Counted from the first letter of the whole stretch, positions 24,383 through 37,695 are shown. The stretch: 63,187 bases of DNA, filler included, from Octopus bimaculoides (GCF_001194135.2; 5 parts of 5 records of this genome joined end to end with filler, not necessarily neighbours in it); one strand, 5' to 3'. Notes: generated by a model not told the origin, from the letters alone. A program made the numbers and translations.

Positions 24383-25277
24383 AGTAAAAATAAATACAAA
24401 AAAGGTGGGGTTTTTTGTATGATTGTGTATAGAGGAATATATTATTTAGTTTAAAAGAGTTCCAACACTGTCTGTTTTTTATGTTTTATTTATATTCCTG
24501 CAGAACCAAGGTGGGGTATAGAATATGGAATATACANNNNNNNNNNNNNNNNNNNNNNNNNNNNNNNNNNNNNNNNNNNNNNNNNNNNNNNNNNNNNNNN
24601 NNNNNNNNNNNNNNNNNNNNNNNNNNNNNNNNNNNNNNNNNNNNNNNNNNNNNNNNNNNNNNNNNNNNNNNNNNNNNNNNNNNNNNNNNNNNNNNNNNNN
24701 NNNNNNNNNNNNNNNNNNNNNNNNNNNNNNNNNNNNNNNNNNNNNNNNNNNNNNNNNNNNNNNNNNNNNNNNNNNNNNNNNNNNNNNNNNNNNNNNNNNN
24801 NNNNNNNNNNNNNNNNNNNNNNNNNNNNNNNNNNNNNNNNNNNNNNNNNNNNNNNNNNNNNNNNNNNNNNNNNNNNNNNNNNNNNNNNNNNNNNNNNNNN
24901 NNNNNNNNNNNNNAGAGAGAGAGAGAGAGAGAGAGAGATACATACATACATACATACACGTATATATATATATAGATATATATTTATATATGCGTGTACG
25001 TATAAAAATATCACTATTACACACATACACGCACACACACTCGTATTTGTACACATCAGCACGTACACACGCAAAAACGTACACCCCCGCCAAATACACA
25101 TATTGATGGATTGACAGGCAGGCAGACAGGCGGCAGATAGAATGATAGATTGATTGAGTTGTTGAGGTGTCCAACGATGCTGAAATATTTTATAGAAAAA
25201 CACTATTATATAGTAATGTAGATATTACGGCGTATTTTACAAATGAATTGAGCGAAGTGGTATTACTATACTATTGT

Positions 25278-25460
25278 TTACTCTCTTTTACTGGTTTCAG
25301 TCCTTTTGACTGCGGCCATGCTGGAGCACCGCCTTTTAGTCGAGCAAATCGACGCCAGGACTTATTCTTTGGAAGCCTAGTACTTATTCCATCGGTATTT
25401 TTTGCCGAACCGCTAAGTTACGGGGACATAAACACACCAGCATCGGTTGTCAAGCATCGG
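25278..25460 (-). mobile_element. SINE family B, 3' half
   Basis: TTGACTGCGGCCATGCTGGAGCACCGCC...AAACACACCAGCATCGGTTGTCAAGC, homologous to 61745-62134. Confidence 0.8.
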
Positions 25461-26189
25461 TTCCAAGAAGTCAATCATCTAAGTAACAACTAGATTCAAC
25501 GTTGCTAAACTTGATCAGACGAGAACTAGTGCTTCTTTAAATTTCCTCTTCTCATCCACAAGCAGTAGTTGTCCTGTTGCCCTAGGTAGTTTTATTTCAG
25601 CCTTTGATAGACCATATTCATTAAATAAGTCGGTGATAAACTTTTCTATCTTTTTTTTTATGATTTGAGTTTAATTATGCAAAAATATTCACAAACATAG
25701 ATTGACGATGATAAATAAAATACAAGAGATTTTCGCTACCTCTTACAACGTACTTATCTCTCCTTGCACCTGATATCCATTCTACGATTAAACCCGTAAT
25801 GACGACAGGACCGAATTTAGCCGAGCCAGAACTACTGTATTGGTACCTTAATACCATGCTGCAAGAGGTTTCAGTTTCTATAACCAAGATACACTTCCGT
25901 GTGTTAAATATGTTAAGGCTTAAAATCTATATAAGTATGTAACGTCTATAAATCCATCCATCCATCCATCCATCCATACGCACGCACGCACTGCACACAT
26001 ACACAAACACACACACACACACACACACGCACACACACGCAGACACACATACTTGTTTCAGCATACAAAGTAAAAAAAAAAGAAGATGAGTTTAATACAT
26101 GATATAGAAAAATTTTCATTTACGCTCGTCGACATTCCGACTGCTAAGAACGGAAACGAGAAAAATGAAAAGTCAGCTTTTGATAAGTG

Positions 26190-26237
<48 letters not shown>

Positions 26238-26755
26238 CGCATGCATACACACTCACACACATGTATACACAACACACATGTACATATACACGCATATGTA
26301 TATACATACATATCTATATCTATATCTATCTATCTATCTATCTATATATATATATATATATTTATACATATATATATATAAATATATATACACAAATCAT
26401 CTTATAGTGAATGGGAACATATACACAGCCACGTTCTCAGTGTTACAACAACAGCACGGAAGTATCAAACTGTAAACTTTCTCGTGTTAGAGTTCACAAT
26501 TTTACTGAAACAAATCACCATGTTACAGATAAGAAATAGCTCATAGCTATTGAAAAAATATTACGTATTTCATAGCGTGAGCCAATTTGTTATATTTGTG
26601 TTAACTATTAGTACACTAACTCAAAATGAAAACTTTCAAAGACATTCTATACAGCTGGTACGTTTTTGCTGACACCAATTTTGTACTTTTTCTTTTAAAA
26701 GCATATAATTATACATCAGTGTAAACATGAAAGTAACGTTGGCACAGCGTTAGTG

Positions 26756-26758
<3 letters not shown>

Positions 26759-26820
<62 letters not shown>
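26759..26820. repeat. (TTA)n microsatellite
   Basis: Read directly. Confidence 0.95.
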
Positions 26821-26821
<1 letters not shown>

Positions 26822-27183
26822 TAATGTATAGATGTATATAGATATGTGCATGCATAGATATATACATTTGCCAGGAAACAAAGGAATCTTTTGTGAATAA
26901 TCCGCTGCGAATGAATAAACACTATTGCATATATTAAGAACGTTGCTCCCCCCCCATTTCTACATGCTAATACATGTGATATATATCTATATGTATGTAT
27001 GTATGTATGCGTATGTGTATAAATATATNNNNNNNNNNNNNNNNNNNNNNNNNNNNNNNNNNNNNNNNNNNNNNNNNNNNNNNNNNNNNNNNNNNNNNNN
27101 NNNNNNNNNNNNNNNNNNNNNNNNNNNNNNNNNNNNNNNNNNNNNNNNNNNNNNNNNNNNNNNNNNNNNNNNNNNNNNNNNNN

Positions 27184-27218
<35 letters not shown>

Positions 27219-27404
27219 GTCTGTTTGTCTGTCGTCTCTGTGTGTCTCTTTCTTTCTCCCCCCCCCCAAATATATATATATGTGTGTGTGTGTGTATATA
27301 TATATGCACACACACATGCATACATCTATAATAGACATGATAATACATATATGCATATAGATATGTATGTATGTATGTATGTATATATATTTCAAATTTG
27401 CAGA

Positions 27405-27545
27405 AAGCAAAAGACGAAGACAGGTGAAGGAACAACAAGCAGACGTGTTAGTTTAACGCTCAAGAAGAATGGAAAAGCCTTTGACGTTTCGAACCTACGC
27501 TCTTCCACAGGAAGAACTGAGAGGAAAAAAAAAACGGAGAGAGAA
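27405..27545 (-). mobile_element. Interspersed repeat family E, copy 2
   Basis: Homologous to 7665-7800. Confidence 0.65.
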
Positions 27546-28589
27546 ACGAAAAAAAAAAAAGGAAAAAAAAACGGATTTAGTAACGGTTACAGCTAGCATA
27601 GGTGTGGAATTTAGGTAAAGGAAATGTATGTTTGATAGCTTAATGCAGAAAAAAATTGTTTGCCAAACCCCAAAACTTTTACATGTATGGTTTTTTTTTT
27701 TATATCTCTTGCACAACAAACACCTAAGTGCTGACGGAAATATATATGTAAAGGTTCTGTGGACAACGTTAAGATGATAAGATTTTAAAAACAGGGTATT
27801 GAGAACTCTTCTCTTACCAGAAGATAATGTCTTACAATGAATTTGCCCTACTAATACTGATAACGACTTTTGGGAATCTTTACTGGTTTATAGTGGAAGT
27901 CTACTCCCTCGATATCAAACCCTTATGATTCTTATATCAATTGGAAGCTTCCATAAATTTATGAAATTAACGAGCCTGATCATAAGAGAAGAATTCAAAC
28001 AGCTTCCGTCAAAGAGCAGCGGCAAAGATAAATACATAAACCAAATTCTGAAATGAGAATGGAACGGCAATAATGAACTGCTCAAGAAGTATCGATTTCT
28101 TACTTGCCTTCTTTGTGACAAGAGAAATGCTGGACTAGCGCACCTTAACAAAGCGAAATACTCTGTGATATAAGAGCGTGGAGGAAGTCGAAGAGAAGTG
28201 ACAGTGACGCTCTTAAACATTGAAAATGAGAAAGTATAATTTGGTTCTGTTGCATTTCTAGGATTATACCATTCATATGACAGTGTCTTCCAGAGTGGTA
28301 TGTTCTTGTTGATAAAGCAATATGAAATGATACCCGGAAGAAAGATTGCCGTCGTTGAAAAATATAGATGATTCTCGAGCCCTTGGGACTCGTATGGCCG
28401 GTTATCCGGTTTTCTTGGCATATAAGTAATCGAAATCACAACCGCGCTCTTCCCCACACGACACCGAACGGGATGTGGCACTGTTGCAGGTTTCAAGGCA
28501 AGAAGTTTCGAACCGAAGGCATAAGACGTTTACATCGATCTTATTGCTTGACTGATACTACTTTTCATCGACCACGAATGCATAAAAAG

Positions 28590-28694
28590 CAAAATTGAAC
28601 TTGGCTGCATTTGAACGCAAAGACCAAAATACGTAAAGTGCCGGAAGAATGCTGCTAAGCATTTTATCCGACATGCTAACGTTTCTGCCAGCCC
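28590..28694 (-). mobile_element. SINE family A, 5' fragment
   Basis: GCTAAGCATTTTATCCGACATGCTAACGTTTCTGCCAGC is the reverse complement of the family A head. Confidence 0.7.
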
Positions 28695-28705
28695 TCTTTA
28701 TAAAT

Positions 28706-28706
28706 A

Positions 28707-28754
<48 letters not shown>

Positions 28755-28774
28755 CATCACCATCATCATCATCA

Positions 28775-28814
<40 letters not shown>

Positions 28815-28851
28815 CATCATCATTATTATTATTATTATTAGTATTATTATT
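28706..28851. repeat. (TTA)n/(TCA)n microsatellite
   Basis: Read directly. Confidence 0.95.
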
Positions 28852-28951
28852 NNNNNNNNNNNNNNNNNNNNNNNNNNNNNNNNNNNNNNNNNNNNTTAAT
28901 TAATTAANNNNNNNNNNNNNNNNNNNNNNNNNNNNNNNNNNNNNNNNNNNN
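28852..28951. other. Artificial 100-bp assembly spacer
   Basis: 44 N + TTAATTAATTAA + 44 N. Confidence 0.97.
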
Positions 28952-29176
28952 AACCGTCGCGTACTTTACACCCCTTGCCATAAACTTAATAGTTGGCAGA
29001 TATTCTGCTAACTCTTTTTCAATTTCAATTTTGGGAAAGACCGTAATGGTATCGAGTAACCTAGAGTAGGTCCGCAACACCACTGTTCTTTCCCTGAAAT
29101 CATTTAACCACTTCTTGGGTGGGATAATCTCCCACTCCACAGCAGTGGCTTTAGTTTTCTTTATATTCTCTGCCAT
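28952..29176 (-). CDS. N-terminus of gag-like LINE ORF1 (element C), truncated by spacer
   Basis: MAENIKK...IIPPKKWLNDFRERTVVLRTYS...IEKELAEYLPTIKFMARGVKYATV aligns with the N-terminus of element A (LTPPQE...TVVYRTIS...IEECLKEI...YGTV); open frame in the visible part. Confidence 0.6.
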
Positions 29177-29769
29177 GCGAAAAATGTCCACATAGGATTA
29201 AACAACTAAAAATTTAAAAACACAGGCAAAAAGAGAAAACAGTTAAAAAAAGCGGAAGAATTAAAATTAACCACACAACCACTCCTACGCCTGCAAATCA
29301 TAACATGGAGACAAACCCTTACAATTAACCAATATACTATTCACAAACCTTAGACAGAGCATAATTAATTCAACAACGCACACAAACTGTTGCTACTATC
29401 ATGGGCCATAAGGAAAGCATTCAACTCTTTCCTTTGCTATCTACCTGTACACAAAATAGGATGGCACCTTGGGCAAGTGCTAGTAACCTCTTAGCCACAA
29501 CATATTAGGAACACGGTGAAGACGTCGGTAGCGGGACGTTGGGACAACCGACAATGTGGGGTGGGGTCCTACACTAACAGCTTGCGGCCAAGCGGATGAC
29601 TTGTACCGTCAGACAAAGGTTAGGCGTCAACTAGCAAGTGAGTTGCCTCTGCTGGGCAGCCTCATCGTTGACCATGACTGTTACACTCCTGCACACAATT
29701 TGGTACCTGGTGTGGAGGTCCAGAGAGGCAGCCTGGAGGAGGTGGCGGTGAGGGGAAACCCATGCCAAC

Positions 29770-30570
29770 TGCCTTACTCACCGTCCAAAGGCATTTTGTT
29801 CAGAGACGTTCTGAACAGAACATTCAACGTCGACCTGCAACGGACAACCGACGACGACGATACACAAAATACTCAACACGCTTTGAAGAAGACCACAACT
29901 CTGAGATCGACAACATTTAAAGAACACAAAACACCCAGGTAAACAACCCTGTGTAGTGTGCAACAGCACACCTGACATTTGCAATTTCCTTTATGGGGTA
30001 CCACTTTTTAACTTGTCCTAAATGACCTTTTCACCCACCCCCCGCAACACGCAAACACATCCTCGTACACAGATGGCATCGCACTTACATTTTTCCACCA
30101 CTCCTCTTGTGTAACAAAGTTTTTCCAATCTTACAGTCACCAAGAACTCTGACTCCAAAAACATATTTACAGTAACACTGTTTAATCAGCAATTTCTCTT
30201 CTTAATAGTAGTAACACCATAGCTCACGAGTCAATCATTATACTCAACAACATAAACAAATGATAAAACACGCATTTAATCCAACATGCCAGTCCTTCCT
30301 AGTAAATCATCTACCGAAAAAAAAACAAAAACAAAACAGACTAGTCAACTTCGCATCGTGACAGGCTGCACCCAATCCTTTTGTACTACGAAACAATAAT
30401 ACAGAAAGTGCAAGACCACTGTGATATGCAAGAGGTACAGTTTGATATTGCAGTAGGCCCCAATTTCACACAGCTCCTGTTACTACATGCACATTCACCC
30501 ACAAAAAAGCAGACACATTTACAACACTACTCAGAACACGACTAATACAGCACTCCTGAGAATACTATCT
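29770..30570 (+). pseudogene. Very decayed LINE reverse-transcriptase remnant
   Basis: Frameshifted motifs GVP...LFNL.LND (~29995-30025), SSYTDGI (YADD-like, ~30060) and TQNT..TAL.RI (~30530); clade and boundaries uncertain. Confidence 0.4.
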
Positions 30571-31005
30571 CTCTTAATCCACAATCGGTAGAGTAACGAA
30601 CAATATTTCGTCTTTTCCAAACTTAAGTTCAAATGCTGCCAATGTTGATTTCAGTATATCATTCAACTTCCATTGATAAAGGAATTGTGTCTTGCCAAGT
30701 ACTAGTTCGGTATAAAGTAGATTTCTCTTTTCCATATGTGTGGCCAGTGTCTGTGTTTTGTTATTGCATGACTTGATGTACGTTATTTTTATCTCTTGTA
30801 AATGCAGGTAGTAACAATTTCAAAATAGTTATGGATGGATAGAGAGAATGGTTAAAGAATCATTTCTGGAGTTTCCCCAGATAAACTGTTTTATCACGAA
30901 TGCTGAACTATTCTTATCTTTCGTTTGCCTGTTTATCCCATTTTTGTCAAACGTCAAGTGTCATAGGTTTAACACGCGGCTATTATATACATATAACACA
31001 CGCGC

Positions 31006-31061
<56 letters not shown>

Positions 31062-31667
31062 NNNNNNNNNNNNNNNNNNNNNNNNNNNNNNNNNNNNNNN
31101 NNNNNNNNNNNNNNNNNNNNNNNNNNNNNNNNNNNNNNNNNNNNTATATATATATATATATATGAGTGTGTGTGTGCGTTTGTGTGTGTGTATGTGTATG
31201 CGTGCGTGCGTGTGTGATTGAATACAGGGACGTTATTCGTATGGAAAACATTCAGAGCTGACGCACTTAATGAAACGGACAAGAAAACTTTAATTATTCG
31301 CGACTTTCCAAGAAATGAGGAACGGAAAAGTATTTGATCATCTGATAAAAAAAAACCCCCAAAAAAACAAAAACAAAAAAAAACACAGGGTTGACAACTC
31401 CGGAATCTCAATTCATTGAAATTAGAATTACGCGTACAGTGAACGGTAAAATGGTTAGCATAAGAACTGATATCAAATTTATCTAATCTTTGAGCGATAT
31501 AGGCTGACATAATTAATGCATATAGCGTTAAAAACTGTCAGAAATAGATACGATGTGAAGAGAAAAACCCGCATCCTTGATTATTAATCATTGTAACCAT
31601 GTTATTATGTATGTTATTTGAAAAAAATCCAATGGTTAAGTGGATACCATTGCAGTAGCGGATAACT

Positions 31668-31722
31668 AAGAAATACCGCTAAGCATTTTATTCGGTGTGC
31701 TAACGATTATTCCAGCTCGATG
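31668..31722 (-). mobile_element. SINE family A head fragment
   Basis: GAAATACCGCTAAGCATTTTATTCGGTGTGCTAACGATT..CCAGCTCG. Confidence 0.65.
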
Positions 31723-31820
31723 CCCTCATGATGATGTTGATGATGATAATAATGATTTAACATTTGCAACAAGGCCAATAAGGTTGGGGCAGGGGGATAA
31801 CCGTTTACATCGACCCCAGA

Positions 31821-32021
31821 ATTTCAAATTTCGGCACAAGGCCAGCAATTTCGCTGGGAGCGGGTAAATGGATTACATCGGCTCAGTATTCCACTGGTAC
31901 TTATTTTATCGGCTCCGAAAGGATGAAAGGTAAAGTCGACCTCTGCGGAATTTGAACTCAGAACTCAAAGACGGACGAAAAGCACCTAAGCATTTTGTTC
32001 GGTGCGGTAACGATTCTGCCA
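31821..32021 (-). mobile_element. SINE family A, near full length
   Basis: Reverse complement of the family A core and head. Confidence 0.88.
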
Positions 32022-32339
32022 GTGTTTTCCAGTAAATTTATTGAAATATGGGTAAGAATTACGTGAATGACTCGAAAATGATTATCATTTGATCAGCTAT
32101 CCTGGAATCTGAGCTGTGGCAGTCAATGGAATTGTAGTGCGATAATGAATGCATTAGGGAGGCAGGCGAAAGCTGTAGAAAACTGGAAGACGTGAAGGCA
32201 GGATTGGGAGAAGAGAGATGAAGCATATTAAGAAACCTAGCTGAGTTTAACTGACCTCGGTTGTAAGCCATTTAATCTGAAGGGACTTTTGAATTATACG
32301 GTATAATTTTTTTTAGATCGACCATAATATTTCAGCGAC

Positions 32340-32420
32340 ACGTACTTTACCCACGCCGGCAGATGAAAGGCAAGGTTAACCTCTGCAGGATTTAAATTCA
32401 AGACGTAAAAATCTGTAACT
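32340..32420 (-). mobile_element. SINE family A fragment
   Basis: GATGAAAGGCAAGGTTAACCTCTGCAGGATTTAAATTC. Confidence 0.55.
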
Positions 32421-33038
32421 AAATACTGTAAATACTAAATACTGTTCATTGCTCTTACTGTTTTCAACCACTTACAGTTTCCTAGAAAAAGTCTCCTACA
32501 GACAGCTATCATCTTTTGAAACAGCAATTAAACTCGCTGTTCTCTTTCTGCTTTTTTATACTAGGTCAACTTGTCATTTGTGGCGTCATTTACAGATTTA
32601 GAACTATCGCATACAATACATCACAGCTCTGACCACTGCAACCGTTTATTTTGGCATATTTCCGTGTTTTTTTTTTGTTTTTTATGTTTTTGTCTTAGGA
32701 GCATAGTTTTATGGTTTACTAAACAGTGTTTTCTTTAGATTTGCAGTGTTTTGTTCTCTGCATCAGGTCTATTTCCAACCACTATTTCCAATCTCATTCC
32801 CATACCGACTTCATTATCTTTACTCCCCAGTTCTTTTCAGTCAACCCTTCCCAGCTGCTGCAGTCTATTTCTAATTCTTGCCAGGTAATTAATTCTGTAA
32901 CCCAACTCTTGTGCCGGCGGTTTCTTTTTTTGGGTGATGGAGTAAATTGGTTTCCCACCGTTATGATTTTAGGAGAGCTATGTTATTAGATTTCTAATAG
33001 TTATAATCACATTCTTGATATTATTAGTGATGTTTGTA

Positions 33039-33076
<38 letters not shown>

Positions 33077-34356
33077 GGACAGAATACTAAGCAGCATTTC
33101 TTCCGGTTCTTATAGTGCCTGTTGTAGAAAAGATTATCATTATCGTTATGGCTGTTGTGTTTGCAAGAAGTTCACTTCGAATAGCTCGTAAATTTTAAGC
33201 CTGTCCGTGTTTCAAATATCTATATTTAAAACTTTTGCTCCTTGCGTCAAGGGTTGTAGGGAATTACTCGGCTTCCTTATATTTCCATCCTTCGGAGTAG
33301 AATTTGTGATTTATTTTGTAACATTTGGCCATTTCTTTAACATTTCTCAAGAAAGCATGGTGTCCAATTTTTCGACAAAATGTCTGAGGAATAAGATCAG
33401 TTATTCGAAGAGGTTTTTTGAGTCTTCCCATCTTTAAAACAAAGCACCATCACCACCACCAGAGCCGACATAAGCAACAACAACAACAACAATAGTTTGC
33501 CGGATGTTAGCTGGACAATCAATTTAATTCACTTTAACTAGACTAACAGTCACTGGTATAGCTAAGAAGTGGGTATATACGCTTTATCGCCGAAGTCGTA
33601 GATAAAGCAACTAGATGGTTTTGGATAAAGAGAACGGGTATATGATTAATTGCTGTTGGGATTAGATCAATAACAGCTGAGCCAAATGACTGACAAGTAT
33701 TTGGTTTGAAAGACTCAAATTCCCTCCGAACGCTTGAATGATACTAATGGTGTATTATATAACATTTGATAGATCTGTTCTGAAATCTAAACCTGTGTGT
33801 GAATATACTATAGAATATAAATTCTTGATTTATTAAAATCATTTTTACCTGCAGAGGCTGTTTCACAATTACAAAAACGGCATTTAATACAATTATCTCA
33901 TATAACACTTATCTCACCTTTTCGCGTTGCCGTTTGGTAATTGTAACATATCATCTAGAAGCGAAAATGATTTTAATAACTCATTTATGTTGTATGGTCT
34001 ATGTTGTATGGCCACTCTGAGTTATTTTTCCTTTCTTGCTTTCTTTTTTAATTTGTTCAAACCCCCATTTTTGTAAATGTCTAACTCATTTGGCAACTCG
34101 CCATGCTAATGACGTCTACTGCGGTAGAAATACGACTCCACGACTGTCCTCTTGTCTCCACATAATAAGCCTGTCTTTTCCTTCAATGGCGTGTCAGCTT
34201 TGGAGAATTCATGCTTCTTTCTCATATGGAGCTTTAGTTGCTATTCAATAATTGTGGCATATCTAGAGGCGGAGATGATTTTAATTAATCAACCATTTAT
34301 GTTTTATGGTATCTGATACACCTTCATCGTGTATATGAATAATGTATGTATATGTA

Positions 34357-34358
<2 letters not shown>

Positions 34359-34432
<74 letters not shown>
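34359..34432. repeat. (TG)n microsatellite
   Basis: Read directly. Confidence 0.95.
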
Positions 34433-34436
<4 letters not shown>

Positions 34437-35868
34437 CGCGCGTGTGTGTGCGTGCATGCGTGTATCACCTTTCCACAAAGAAACGTATTTAGACATGGAT
34501 TTAATGCTGAAATGTTTATTTAGGAACGTTTATAATAGTAAGGTTTTTGTTGTTGCTTTACGCCAGATAAGTTTTAATAGAGCAGATAGGCACCATTTCA
34601 AACCTGACTATACCGTATTTTCATCTGAAATACTTGTACACTAAACGTTATCTGATGTGTTCTTTTAGAAAACATTACAATGTGATTCGAGGATAATTTG
34701 GTTGCTATTTCTTGTTGCTCGACCGTTCATGTAGATGTTCTGCCTTTCAGTAATGACGGAAAGATGGCGGTAGAAATAAAGTATCAAGTTTTCTACCAAC
34801 CGGTTGTAGGTTTAAATCCCCTACAGACATTTTATTGTAGTTCTATGTAGAATTCTTTGTATTAAATCGTTTTGGTTTCTAAAGTTCTTTAGCTTCGATC
34901 AAATATTTCTATGATTCAAAGTGTTCCATCTATGATTAACCGTAGTCTTAGTTTCCAGATATCGTGTTTTAGATTGCATTATCTAAAATATATTTATTCT
35001 AGATTATAGGGTGTGACATGAGGAAATTTGGCTACAGTTCAAGCAATCATGCAGAGCTTTAACGGCATGAGACAGGAGCTGCACACTCACAGAAACGTAT
35101 ATAAATACTTCTCTCTGTCTGTCTGTCTGCCTGCCCGCGCCTGACTGTCTAAACATACACATATAGTATCAATGTTAAAATTTAGGTTTTAACTTTGGAG
35201 TTCGCTTTATTAAGCTCGTCCGTGGGTACCGGCTATGAGATACAAGTAAAGAACGGAAATAGTTTTACTGATGATTTAGCTGAAAATCCATGAATAACCG
35301 TAGAGTTTATCTGTCTTGAAAAATGTCTGTGTTTTCTTATCCGAGAGAATGAGAGAGCATGCTAGATGATTCTGCTAGTAGTTCACACTTAACTAAATGA
35401 TGACGAAAATTTTTAAATACGTACTCAATATAACACATTATCAAATTACAGAGTAGGCAAGAAATTGTGCGTAGAATTTCTTCAGTAATACTGGTTATTA
35501 TTAGACGAATCTCCTACTTAATTTCTCATTTATATGTTCGTTTAATTATTAATTCTTTTTCACGATTCTTTTGTTCTCTTGGATTCATTCTATATTTTAA
35601 CCTGTTAATTTGAATTTGTAGTTACGTTTTACTTTAAGTGTGATATGCAAATGGAATGATAAGAACAACTTCGACGGAAGATATCTGTTTTTGAAAATAA
35701 AAATTCATTCAGCAAATGGTTTTTATACCTAAACCTGAAGAGCAGGTAGTTTTGCGGTGTTAACCGATGCTATGTATTGTTACACATATTATACTAGATG
35801 ATAATAATACAGCAAAACGCTTCTGATAAAGTATTGATAAACCAAATGTAAAATTATATAATAAAAGA

Positions 35869-35910
<42 letters not shown>

Positions 35911-36322
35911 TATACGTATAAATACAAACATACAGACACGTGTATATGTCTGTGTATGAGTATATGTGTGCNNNNNNNNNNNNNNNNNNNNNNNNNNNNN
36001 NNNNNNNNNNNNNNNNNNNNNNNNNNNNNNNNNNNNNNNNNNNNNNNNNNNNNNNNNNNNNNNNNNNNNNNNNNNNNNNNNNNNNNNNNNNNNNNNNATT
36101 CCAAATCTAAAAATAGTATTTTATTTCAACTTAGAGAACTAGATTCTTATATGTATTGGTTTCAAGTTTTGGCACAGAGCCAGCAATCTTGTTGGGAGTG
36201 GGCTAGTCGATTATACCGACCCCAGTGTTCAACTGGAGCTTATTTTATCGACCTCAAAAGGATGAAAGGCATAGTCAACCTCAGCAGAATTCGGACCTAA
36301 AATCGGATGAAATGCCACTAAG

Positions 36323-36627
36323 AATAGTAAGTTATACAAAGGCGAAACATGCCCTCCCCACCAAATAAGGGTAGAGGAACATTGCAAAGCTGTGACACGG
36401 GGAGATACTGATAAATCGGGTATAGCTGATCATGTATAGGAAAATGGAGACACCTCGTCCTGTGGGATGAAGTTAAAATAATAGACAGAGAACACCGCTG
36501 GAAAATACGAAAACTAAAAGAAGCAGCACATATGCTAGGACACAACCTCCTAAGCAGACCGAGTGCAGATATGAACAGCATACGGGGACCAGTGTTAAGG
36601 AAGGATAGGAGAATATTAGATTTATAA
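36323..36627 (+). pseudogene. Penelope-like element GIY-YIG endonuclease C-terminal fragment
   Basis: LYKGETCPPHQIRVEEHCKAV..GD.DKSGIADHV, then after a frameshift LWDEVKIIDREHRWKIRKLKEAAHM...SRPS..MN; fits the PLE pattern YxGET.R....R..EH ... WD..KI...E..W..RK.KEA. Confidence 0.75.
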
Positions 36628-36649
36628 GCCCTAATATTCAATCCTTAAT

Positions 36650-36883
36650 TGCCCACGGGCATATGGCGTAGTGGTTAAGAACACGGGCTACTAACTCCAA
36701 GATTCCGAGTTCTTTTCCAGGCAGTGACCTTAACGATAACAACATAAAAAATACCTTAGGAATGAGAACCCAGATTCAAAATTTCCCCAAGACACCTGGA
36801 CGGTATAACAAACAAGATTCGGACAAATATCCGTCAAATATAAATAATGTACATAATTCCTCATCTCTTAAATATAGAACTCT
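36650..36883 (+). mobile_element. SINE family C, copy 1 (tRNA-like head; hammerhead region deleted)
   Basis: A-box TGGCGTAGTGGTTAAG and decayed B-box GAGTTCTTTTCC; body AAATACCTTAGGAATGAGAACCCAG shared with 61068-61345. Confidence 0.85.
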
Positions 36884-36946
36884 ACTAAGCATTTTGTCCG
36901 GCGCAGTTACACTACTGCCAGATCGCTGCATTAGACTGTTATACAT

Positions 36947-37162
36947 ACATTGGTTTCAAATTTTGGTACAAAGCTAGCAAGGTCGGGGGAGGGGGTAAGT
37001 CGATTACTTACCTCAGTGCTCAACTAGTACTTATTTTATCGAGCCCAAAAGGATGAAGGGCAAAGTCAGGCTTAGCGGAATTTGCACTTAGAACATAAAG
37101 AAGGGTGAAATAATGCACCTAAGTTTTTTGCCCGACGTGCAAACGATTCTGCCAGCTCACTG
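36947..37162 (-). mobile_element. SINE family A
   Basis: Reverse complement of the family A core and head. Confidence 0.85.
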
Positions 37163-37315
37163 CACCTTAGGCTAATATATATTGGAAATGAATATATTCC
37201 AGACAGAAAGGAAATATGTTTTCTTTGGCTTTGCATTTTAGCAGATGTCTCAATAAGTATGAAAATAAACTAATAGTTAAAGTGATAGATATATTCCAAT
37301 AGAAAAATGTCCAGA

Positions 37316-37520
37316 AGACGGTAAGCTAGCAGAATCGTTAGCATGCCGGGCAAAATGCTTACCGACATTTCGTCTATAAGTTCTGAGTTCAAATTTCACC
37401 GAGGACGACTTTCGCTTTCATCCTTTCGGTGTCGATAAAATAACACCAGATGAACACTGGAGTCGATGTAATTGATTTACTTCCATCCCTGAAATCGTGA
37501 GCCAAACTTTGATACCAGTA
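37316..37520 (+). mobile_element. SINE family A
   Basis: AGCTAGCAGAATCGTTAGCATGCCGGGC...GAGTTCAAATTTC...CTTTCATCCTTTCGG. Confidence 0.85.
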
Positions 37521-37695
37521 TAATGGCTAAGACGAAATTAAAAGTGGTTGCACATTTTACTATTTGCATATATAACCAGTACTTATTTCCACCTTAGCCA
37601 TCGTTGTATTTCAATATACATGTATTGGGTACAATATTCACACTGCATTTCCTCACTATTTGTAAATTTCGAGTGATGCTATCACGTTTTCTCAG

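Larger units (their letters stand above)
36145..36927 (-). mobile_element. SINE family A split by a 561-bp insertion (pieces 36145-36322 and 36884-36927)
   Basis: Removing 36323-36889 restores GAAATGCCACTAAG|CATTTTGTCCGGCG, the family A sequence; ACTAAG is duplicated. Confidence 0.8.

Noticed and set aside
32700-33420. Minus-strand peptides faintly resembling hAT transposase (HHAFLRNV; ELGSKDNEVGMG)
   Set aside because: Similarity is impressionistic, with no catalytic motifs or TIRs; needs a translated search
36657-36730. tRNA gene call for the family C head (also 61076-61148)
   Set aside because: Acceptor and T stems do not pair, and the sequence continues into a repeat body; it is a SINE head, not a tRNA
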